Positions 25,933-32,000 of a stretch of DNA of 32,000 nucleotides are shown here, one piece after another. Position 1 is the first letter of the stretch. The number at the start of each line of letters is the position of its first letter. Both the position numbers and the translations under genes were made by a program. The notes beneath the pieces were generated by a model. It had not been told where the DNA came from. It did not search any database and was given only the letters and a program-made list of their open reading frames with translations. Origin of the DNA: Zestosphaera tikiterensis (lineage in GTDB: Archaea; Thermoproteota; Thermoprotei_A; Sulfolobales; NBVN01); contig NBVN01000001.1 in NCBI GenBank assembly GCA_003056265.1, forward strand, positions 120,001-152,000, in the 5' to 3' direction.

Positions 25933-28122
25933 TTATTTCTTAGGCTTTCTCAATATGAGGGCTAAGCCCAATATCAAAAGTACGGCGACTACGCCAACGG
26001 CTATCAATGGTGTGAGGTCTGGTGGCGTAGGTGATGTAGTACTTACCGTGGTAGTTGTTGGCGGTTGTGACGTAGTTGATGATGCGATTGATGTGGTAGG
26101 CGGTTGAATTGTTGGGTATGTGGTTACAGTTGTGGTCGTTGTAATCGTAGGTTTAGACGTTGTTGGGGTTGTCATTGGTGAGGTAGTCGATGTTGTAATT
26201 GATGCTGTTGACGTAGGTGGTTGTGCGGGGGTGCTGGTTGGGGATGGTGTTGTTATGGTTTGGGTTGCTGATGCTGAGAAAGTTACGTTAAATGTAGCTA
26301 TCTTTATATTACCTGCTAAGTCCCTAACTTCAATGGTTAGTGGTAAGGTCATCGTGGTTTTCCCGTATACCGTGGTTGAGATCGTTAAGTATACTTCATT
26401 AAATTGACTTGTATATGTTTGAGGCGTTATCGTATAAGTTAAGCTCTTGTTCCCTAACATGACTTTAATGTTTAACGGGTCTATACCCCATCCAGCGTCG
26501 AACAGCGATAGGTATATGGTCGTGGATCTATTTACTATTGGGTTTTTAGGTACTATAGACTTTAACGTTATCTCAGGAGGTGTTAAGTCATCGGCGAGGT
26601 ATAGCTTTAAATCAGCGCTTCCTTTATACGGTAGGTTAAGTTCTATAAGTAGGAATAGCCTGTCCCCAACGATTCTGTGGCTTAAGATCTTAAGTCCGGA
26701 GTTATTTAAAGCTAGCTTAGCGTTGAAGTCCGTCCCATTCCAGGGTAGGCTCCATAAGATCCTCCCAGTTAAGTTTAACCATTGCTGATTGTTAACCATG
26801 GTAATTGAGTAAGCCTGTTTTGAATGTATTACGTTCATATAAGTGTATGTAACCCCTATAGGTATGCTATTAGACGCTAACGCCATCGTCGAGTTAGCAA
26901 AGCCTATAAAGGTCGGTGGTTTAATAGGGAAGGATAGCTCGCCTGACGTAAGGTTGAATTCCATAAGGCTTAACCCATTGTATAGGGCGGCGCCGTGAGC
27001 TGTAGTTGTGAAGGTTAGGAAGAGCGTTGTTGTGTTTGTCCTAACGCTAGTGTATTTAGTGAAGAAGTCTCTATGCACATGCCCTGAGAGAACCATCGTC
27101 ACGTTATAATCCTCAACTAACTTTAGGAAGTACCTTAACGCTGTCATGTTGTTAGACCAGTAACTACTTACGGGCGTTGTAACCCCTGGAGCGTAAGGCT
27201 TTAAAACCTGCTCATCCCCATACCAAGTACGTAACTCGCCCTGATAGTAGAAAGGTGGGTGATGAACTAAAATTGCTTTAAACGGTATGTGATTATATGT
27301 TTTAAGCATGCCTTCAGCAAAGGCTAGATCCTGCCAGGAAGGCGTTCCCTGCTCAGACGAGAAAATCCCGATGATTAAAAGCTTGTCTGCGATCACTCTA
27401 TACCATCTAGTTGGGCCTAAGTATTTCGGATATTTAATGTCGCCAGCGCTGTAGTCGTGGTTACCCGGTATGCTTAATACGGGAATACTGTAAAGATATG
27501 AATACCTATATGCTTGAGCCATTACGTACTCAGCTGACGCGGCGTTATCAGCTATATCTCCAAGCCATATCACGAAATCGGGTTTCAGTAGGTTATTTAT
27601 CGTAAACGCCGTAAATCTATTCATATCCCCCGTAAACGGGTCTGGAGACCCTACTATGAAGTGCAGATCTGTATTCTCCACAAACCTTATCACTTCAGGC
27701 CATTCCTTAACAACCCAAACAGATCTAGGCACACTCCACACGGCAGACCCAACTAAGACAAGATCGTAAAGACCTTCCTCCACGTTATCAGGTAACGTTA
27801 CTTTGTAGGTTCCATCCCCTACCTTAACTACAGACACTGTGTAGTTAAGTAAATTTAAGGAATCCCCAACAGACTTAACAGACCATATGTAAGCTGTGGA
27901 TATATTTACGGACGCGTATTCAGAGCGTAACACCACTTCAAAACTCCCGCCCGATGAAGTAATCGCTGGGGCTGTAGGACCTATATTAGCTGCAACTATC
28001 TCACCAGCGCCGTAGGTTATGCTCGGTATTGACAGGTTAGAGGATTGAGAGCTTACGACTGCTGGATACGCGTTGATTATCAATAACGATAATAACGCAA
28101 GAGTAAAGAGTTTTATCTTCAT
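25933..28122 (-). CDS. Secreted calcineurin-like metallophosphoesterase with extra N- and C-terminal beta domains, a long Thr/Pro stalk and a C-terminal membrane anchor
   Basis: All five metallophosphoesterase motifs occur in order: TDLHF, WLGDIADN, PGNHDY, VHHPP and SGHVHRD. Signal-like N-terminus. GAGGTG lies 10 nt upstream of the ATG. The C-terminal TM is followed by RKPKK. Confidence 0.85.
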   Translation of the reverse strand: MKIKLFTLALLSLLIINAYPAVVSSQSSNLSIPSITYGAGEIVAANIGPTAPAITSSGGSFEVVLRSEYASVNISTAYIWSVKSVGDSLNLLNYTVSVVKVGDGTYKVTLPDNVEEGLYDLVLVGSAVWSVPRSVWVVKEWPEVIRFVENTDLHFIVGSPDPFTGDMNRFTAFTINNLLKPDFVIWLGDIADNAASAEYVMAQAYRYSYLYSIPVLSIPGNHDYSAGDIKYPKYLGPTRWYRVIADKLLIIGIFSSEQGTPSWQDLAFAEGMLKTYNHIPFKAILVHHPPFYYQGELRTWYGDEQVLKPYAPGVTTPVSSYWSNNMTALRYFLKLVEDYNVTMVLSGHVHRDFFTKYTSVRTNTTTLFLTFTTTAHGAALYNGLSLMEFNLTSGELSFPIKPPTFIGFANSTMALASNSIPIGVTYTYMNVIHSKQAYSITMVNNQQWLNLTGRILWSLPWNGTDFNAKLALNNSGLKILSHRIVGDRLFLLIELNLPYKGSADLKLYLADDLTPPEITLKSIVPKNPIVNRSTTIYLSLFDAGWGIDPLNIKVMLGNKSLTYTITPQTYTSQFNEVYLTISTTVYGKTTMTLPLTIEVRDLAGNIKIATFNVTFSASATQTITTPSPTSTPAQPPTSTASITTSTTSPMTTPTTSKPTITTTTTVTTYPTIQPPTTSIASSTTSQPPTTTTVSTTSPTPPDLTPLIAVGVVAVLLILGLALILRKPKK
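26011..26277 (-). repeat. Low-complexity Thr/Pro/Ser-rich stalk-coding tract (about 89 codons)
   Basis: Encodes SASATQTITTPSPTSTPAQPPTSTASITTSTTSPMTTPTTSKPTITTTTTVTTYPTIQPPTTSIASSTTSQPPTTTTVSTTSPTPPDLT. The plus strand here is strongly G/T-rich and C-poor. Confidence 0.85.
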
Positions 28123-28222
28123 ACCCTATACACACCTCAAGTATCTATCTACAAAGCAACTAAAAAACGCAGTTCTTCATCACTATTGGAAAATGCTGAC
28201 GTCCGTAAAACTCTACTATTGA

Positions 28223-28270
28223 GGAATCTTAACCTTTACTGTTAATGAAAGACTGTGAGGTTAAGGTTTT
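28223..28270 (+). other. Imperfect 13-bp inverted repeat / hairpin in the moaC-phosphoesterase spacer
   Basis: GGAATCTTAACCT (28223-28235) pairs with AGGTTAAGGTTTT (28258-28270). There are 10 Watson-Crick pairs plus 3 G-U pairs that form only in a plus-strand RNA. The loop is 22 nt and a T-rich tail follows. Confidence 0.3.
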
Positions 28271-28304
28271 CCTTTGTTTCAAGATTCAACGTTGTGAAAT
28301 ACGT

Positions 28305-28748
28305 CTATGTTTGACTTTTAACCTTCTCTAGAACTTTAATGTATTCTATCTTAGTTGTTGGGTATTGCCCGCGTTCGTCTTTTTCGTATTTCTTAACCAT
28401 ATCCCAAATATTTAGTAGAGCTATCGACACGCCGACAAGAGCCTCCATCTCAACACCTGTTTTAGCTGTGGTTCGCACGGTAACTCTAGCTTTAACGCCT
28501 TCATCTAGGATTTCATAGTCCGTGAAAACGTAAGTTATCGGTATGTTATGAGTAAGCGGCAGTATTTCCGGGGTTTTCTTAACGGCTAGTAAGGCAGCAG
28601 TGGATGAAACGCTTAAGACATCACCCTTCTCAACCATGCCTTTCTTAATTAACTCCACGGTTTCCTTCTTAAGTCTTATAAAACCCTCAGCTGTTGCTTC
28701 CCTGAAGACTTCAGGCTTACTTGAAATATCAACCATTTTTACGTTCAT
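28305..28748 (-). CDS. moaC: Cyclic pyranopterin monophosphate synthase MoaC
   Basis: MVDISSKPEVFREATAEG N-terminus and MoaC-like core (LPLTHNIPIT, TGVEMEALVGVSIALLNIWDM). I place the start at ATG 28748, preceded by GGTGG with 5-nt spacing, rather than TTG 28778. Confidence 0.9.
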   Translation of the reverse strand: MNVKMVDISSKPEVFREATAEGFIRLKKETVELIKKGMVEKGDVLSVSSTAALLAVKKTPEILPLTHNIPITYVFTDYEILDEGVKARVTVRTTAKTGVEMEALVGVSIALLNIWDMVKKYEKDERGQYPTTKIEYIKVLEKVKSQT

Positions 28749-28789
28749 TAAACCACCTAAGAAGAAACTTGTTAACAACCTTAATTGCT

Positions 28790-29704
28790 TTAACTGAATT
28801 TAAAGTAAGGTTCCCTAAGGTTTACAGCCTTCTTAAAAGCCTCTATCAAACTTGATTCATCCCGTGATTTAATAGCCGCTCTAGCGTCTATAAAGACGTC
28901 GTCTCTAAAAATACATATTTTAAACCTGCCTTCAGGAGTTACACGCAGCCTAGTGCAGCCAGCACATAAGTACGGGTTGCTATAACCTTTAATTAAAGTA
29001 ACTTTAATTCCTGACGGTAGGAGGTATTCAGGCCTGTTTTGAAACTCTCTAACACGCTTACTTAACGCGATCGCGTTAAGATACTCTTCAATCTTATCTA
29101 AGCTCACGTGTTCTTCAGCGTAAACCTTCGGAGGTGTGCCTAACGGTATTAACTCAATAACGTTTAAGTCGAATCCGTTGGTTAAAGCGAAGTCCACCAT
29201 ATCTTTAAATTCGTTAATGTTTGACTTCATCACTACGTAGTTTAACTTGATCTTAAGGCCGTACTCCATCGATTCACGTATTCCTTCAAGCACAGGCTTT
29301 AAAGGAGCTTTAGCTATATATGTAAAGACCTCCTCCTTAAGCGAGTGTAAGCTAACGTTAGCTCTATCAAGTCCAGCGTCCACCAAGGCTTTAGCCCTAC
29401 TCTTAAGTAGGGAGCCGTTAGTGGATAAGGTAACTTCGTTGGAGTTCAGCTTTAACTCTCTAACTACCGCGGCTATATCCTCCCTAACTAAAGGTTCTCC
29501 CCCGGTGAGCTTATGTTTATCTATACCTAACTTATAAGCTACCTTAGCTAGGAAGCCGTAATCCTCAGGCGTTAATTCATTACTTTCGAAGGTTTTCAAT
29601 CCCTCCCTATGACAGAAAATACATGCGTGATTACATCTGTTAGTAACGCTTATCCTCAACCTATCTAAGCCTCTCCCGTACCTATCAATTAATAAGTACT
29701 TCAT
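28790..29704 (-). CDS. moaA: GTP 3',8-cyclase MoaA (radical SAM)
   Basis: Radical-SAM CNHACIFC (Cx3Cx2C) at the N-terminus and the MoaA-specific second cluster CAGCTRLRVTPEGRFKIC (Cx2Cx13C) at the C-terminus. Confidence 0.95.
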   Translation of the reverse strand: MKYLLIDRYGRGLDRLRISVTNRCNHACIFCHREGLKTFESNELTPEDYGFLAKVAYKLGIDKHKLTGGEPLVREDIAAVVRELKLNSNEVTLSTNGSLLKSRAKALVDAGLDRANVSLHSLKEEVFTYIAKAPLKPVLEGIRESMEYGLKIKLNYVVMKSNINEFKDMVDFALTNGFDLNVIELIPLGTPPKVYAEEHVSLDKIEEYLNAIALSKRVREFQNRPEYLLPSGIKVTLIKGYSNPYLCAGCTRLRVTPEGRFKICIFRDDVFIDARAAIKSRDESSLIEAFKKAVNLREPYFKFS

Positions 29705-29706
29705 CG

Positions 29707-30762
29707 TTAATACCGTCCCATACCTTTAAGGAAGGCCTCCGTTAAACCTCCCTCACCTAAAGTTATTAAGTCTTCTTTAAATATCCTATCGCCCGCCATA
29801 ACTCTAGGCAATAGCAAATCTAGTACGTTCCAATCCCTAAAGTAGATTATAGCCGAGGAAACTCCGATTATGGGCTTCCCCTCCAGATAAGCTACCATAG
29901 TCATGGTGTTAGGCTTGATTGGGATCCCGTAAATTACTACCTCATCAGATACTTCAGCTATAGCTTTAGGAGTGAAGTCCGTGGGGTCTACGCTCATCCC
30001 ACCAGTAACTATAACCACATCATATGAGTTAATAAACTCTCTTATAGCTGATTTAATGACTTCCTTATCGTCGGGTACTTTAACAACACCTTCTAGAACC
30101 CCACCGTACTTAACCACTTTATCCTTAACTACGGGGTAAGCCTTATCCTCAACCCTACCTTCAAATATTTCCGTACCTGTAATTACTAAACCTACTCTTA
30201 AGTTGTTGAAAGGCTTCACATATACTACCGGAACGGAATTACTTAATAGATCCTTAATGTAGTTTAGATAACTTCTAGGTATGGTTAAAGGTATTAAATC
30301 AACAATCCCTACAGTACTTCCTACATCTACTACGTCGTTATTACGTCTCGTAACAACAACGAAAACTCCCGACGTGTTAATAGCTTTAAGAGCTTCTGAA
30401 TTGATTTTAACGATGCCCTTAACTTTAGACGTTATTACAGCCTTACCTTCATCGGCTTCATGTACCTCCACATTATCGCCGACTATAAACCTACCTAGTT
30501 CATATACGGCCTCAACCTCACCGATCTCATCTCTTAAATTCTTTAACTCCTCGCTCTCCTCCTCTACGTAGACGTAGTAATGACCTGAGTCTTTAAGGAT
30601 TTCAACGTCTTCAGCCCTAACGACGTGCCCGCGTTTAAAAACAGCTCCTTTAAAACGCTCGTTTATTTTCGTAACGTCGAAAGCCAATCTCTTACCGACG
30701 GCTTCTTCAGCTTTAACCACTTTAAACAACAAATACACCAGTGATTTATTCGGTGAAAACAA
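29707..30762 (-). CDS. Molybdopterin-binding (MoCF-biosynthesis domain) protein of an uncharacterised MoeA-related family
   Basis: C-terminal MoaB/MogA/MoeA-type domain (VVIVTGGMSVDPTDFTPKAI). The N-terminal module contains AVGKRLAFDVTKI...FKGAVFKRGHVVRAEDVEIL. Its stop is 2 nt from the moaA start. The true start may be an internal GTG/TTG within the first 15 codons. Confidence 0.7.
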   Translation of the reverse strand: MFSPNKSLVYLLFKVVKAEEAVGKRLAFDVTKINERFKGAVFKRGHVVRAEDVEILKDSGHYYVYVEEESEELKNLRDEIGEVEAVYELGRFIVGDNVEVHEADEGKAVITSKVKGIVKINSEALKAINTSGVFVVVTRRNNDVVDVGSTVGIVDLIPLTIPRSYLNYIKDLLSNSVPVVYVKPFNNLRVGLVITGTEIFEGRVEDKAYPVVKDKVVKYGGVLEGVVKVPDDKEVIKSAIREFINSYDVVIVTGGMSVDPTDFTPKAIAEVSDEVVIYGIPIKPNTMTMVAYLEGKPIIGVSSAIIYFRDWNVLDLLLPRVMAGDRIFKEDLITLGEGGLTEAFLKGMGRY

Positions 30763-30771
30763 TAAAAACCT

Positions 30772-30814
30772 TTATTTACAGATAAGGCGAGCTTAATTGT
30801 TAAATTGTAAATAA
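30772..30814. promoter_or_regulatory. Perfect 9-bp inverted repeat TTATTTACA ... TGTAAATAA flanking a 25-nt spacer, upstream of the molybdenum-cofactor gene cluster
   Basis: 30772-30780 and 30806-30814 are exact reverse complements. The repeat sits between the stop of the upstream surface-protein gene (30835) and the start of the MoCF-domain gene (30762). It could be an operator or a terminator hairpin. Confidence 0.3.
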
Positions 30815-30834
30815 CTCCATTTACATACTTAAAG

Positions 30835-32000
30835 CTACCTTCTCTTCCTTAATGTATGGAAAGACATAGCTAAAGACGCTGAGGCAATTATGAGAGACGC
30901 TAAACTAATGAGTAAAGTATTTACGGACGCGAAGGTCTTCACATTACTCAACTCATCCTCTACTGAAGATACTCTAGAAGATAACGTGGTTATGTTCCCC
31001 CTTAACCACTCATCCACGGCTTTAAGGTGCGTCTCTACATCACCAACATCCTTGCCTAGGCTAGCTAACGTATCATTTAAGCGGTTTAGCTTAGTAATCA
31101 ACTCAGTTAAGGATGAACTTACGTTACTTGTTAAGAGGTTTAAACGTTTACTTAACATGGTTATGCTGTAGTTTAAACCAGCTACTAACGTGCTTATCTG
31201 TTGTTGCTCAACACTTAAGCTGGAGATAGGGTCTTTCTCAACGATTTTAAGTAGTACGTAATTTTCAGAACATATGTTATTTAAGCAGGCTTTAACATCT
31301 AGTAAAGCAACCCCCTCCGAAGGAACCTTACTTACTTTAAAGAATATCCTAGAAACCCCATTGCTTATGGACGTGATGTTTAACACCTGAATGACGGGTT
31401 CGTAAGGATATAACTGACTAGCTCTTAAACTTGCTTGAGCGGGTGTTACGGTAACGTCGAAGAAGCCCACATAACCTAAAACATAGTAGGGCTCTACCCT
31501 AGCAACGACCGTAGGGAGTTCTTCTTTAGCGACTTCAGATATGGTTACGGAGCTCTTTAAAGTGATTACAGGGTTTGTGAGGTCCTTAACCACTACGCTG
31601 TATGTTCCGGGCTTAACGTAGGGTACAGCTAAGCTAACGTTGTAAAACCCTCTTAAATTGCTAGTGTCTAACGTAAGTAAGTTATCGTTAAGGTATACCG
31701 TTATTAAATCACCTATGCCTAAGCCCGTAATCGTAACTGTCATGAAGTCCTTTAAACTCACTTCACGTGATACCTTCAGATCCGGTGCCACATACACAAT
31801 AGTCTCACCGTAGAAGCTTCCGTCACGAGATAACGCTATTACCTCATTGCCTGAGAAGTGTGTTGGAGGGACGTAAAAGCTAATGCCTGACGCTTTATAA
31901 GGACCTGAATATACGCGAGTGCCGGAGAGAAACACAGTTAAATCAGCACCTATCGGTAAGCCATCGACGGTAAGCGTGATTAAGTCCCCATACCTCACTA
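30835..32000 (-). CDS. Surface protein (5' end probably outside the window): repeated beta domains, a coiled-coil stalk and a C-terminal membrane anchor
   Basis: The frame is open to the window edge. Repeated segments ITLTVDGLPIGADLTVFL and VTITGLGIGDLITVYL. A heptad-like Leu/Ser/Asn-rich segment of about 100 aa (LNYSITMLSKRLNLLTSNVSSSLTELITKLNRLNDTLASLGKDV...). C-terminal TM followed by RKRR. Confidence 0.7.
   Translation of the reverse strand, partial: VRYGDLITLTVDGLPIGADLTVFLSGTRVYSGPYKASGISFYVPPTHFSGNEVIALSRDGSFYGETIVYVAPDLKVSREVSLKDFMTVTITGLGIGDLITVYLNDNLLTLDTSNLRGFYNVSLAVPYVKPGTYSVVVKDLTNPVITLKSSVTISEVAKEELPTVVARVEPYYVLGYVGFFDVTVTPAQASLRASQLYPYEPVIQVLNITSISNGVSRIFFKVSKVPSEGVALLDVKACLNNICSENYVLLKIVEKDPISSLSVEQQQISTLVAGLNYSITMLSKRLNLLTSNVSSSLTELITKLNRLNDTLASLGKDVGDVETHLKAVDEWLRGNITTLSSRVSSVEDELSNVKTFASVNTLLISLASLIIASASLAMSFHTLRKRR

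Noticed and set aside
28177-28183. GTGATGA (minus strand), a possible C box upstream of the phosphoesterase gene
   Set aside because: No CTGA D box follows on that strand before the start codon. The segment is better explained as promoter and leader (GAGGTG ribosome-binding site at 28133-28138).
28749-28778. Ten extra N-terminal codons (TTG start) on moaC in the ORF track
   Set aside because: ATG at 28748 has a GGTGG motif at proper spacing and gives the typical MoaC N-terminus. The upstream extension is hydrophobic and would come within 12 nt of the moaA stop.
22356-31171. Antisense ORFs inside the permease, binding-protein, GldG-like, phosphoesterase, moaC, moaA, MoCF and surface-protein genes (22356-22553, 24389-24571, 24825-25016, 25910-26107, 26120-26407, 26447-26788, 28600-28797, 29247-29537, 30281-30571, 30890-31171)
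   Set aside because: Several are simply the Gly/Val-rich reverse reading of Thr/Pro stalks. All are nested in stronger opposite-strand genes.
1-32000. Scan for CRISPR arrays, tRNA/rRNA genes, IS elements, integrases, toxin-antitoxin pairs or defence-system genes
   Set aside because: I found no regularly spaced direct repeats, no GC-rich cloverleaf-like segments in the short spacers, and no transposase, integrase or nuclease-type ORFs. The longest non-coding stretches are only about 100-210 nt.

Overview
This is a gene-dense (about 90% coding), moderately AT-rich segment. It reads as archaeal chromosome, probably from a thermophilic crenarchaeote-like organism. That assignment is inference only, since no search was possible. 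It rests on frequent GTG/TTG starts, GGTG/GAGGTG ribosome-binding motifs, oligo-T terminators, and solute-binding proteins anchored by an N-terminal helix plus a Thr/Pro-rich stalk instead of a lipobox.

I support 26 protein-coding genes. I saw no rRNA, tRNA, CRISPR array, transposase/integrase or phage-like gene.

Genes from left to right:
- A 1201-aa surface protein of about nine tandem CARDB/COG1361-like domains, coupled to a MacB/FtsX-type permease.
- Two orphan genes.
- A small ferredoxin.
- A complete BMP-family (nucleoside-type) ABC importer: binding protein, double ATPase and two permeases.
- A divergent MATE efflux / PadR regulator pair.
- A minus-strand housekeeping run: ornithine cyclodeaminase/mu-crystallin family, M17 leucyl aminopeptidase, HDAC-type deacetylase and Sua5.
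- A YkgJ-type CxxCxxCC gene whose conserved N-terminus has no usable start codon.
- A small helical protein.
- A long minus-strand block: secreted metallophosphoesterase, GldG/DUF4350-like surface protein, then a Fbp/Pot/Thi-type ABC importer (binding protein, fused double permease, ATPase).
- A moaC, moaA and molybdopterin-binding-domain gene cluster.
- A 5'-truncated, coiled-coil, C-terminally anchored surface protein at the right edge.

Most of the window is ordinary transport and housekeeping. The best candidates for undescribed biology are:
- the giant repeat protein plus MacB-like permease module;
- the secreted phosphoesterase, GldG-like protein and ABC importer block;
- the shared C-terminal helix plus basic-tail anchors on five surface proteins;
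- the in-frame TAA at codon 4 of the YkgJ-like gene.

All functional calls rest on motifs I recognise by eye, not on database searches.
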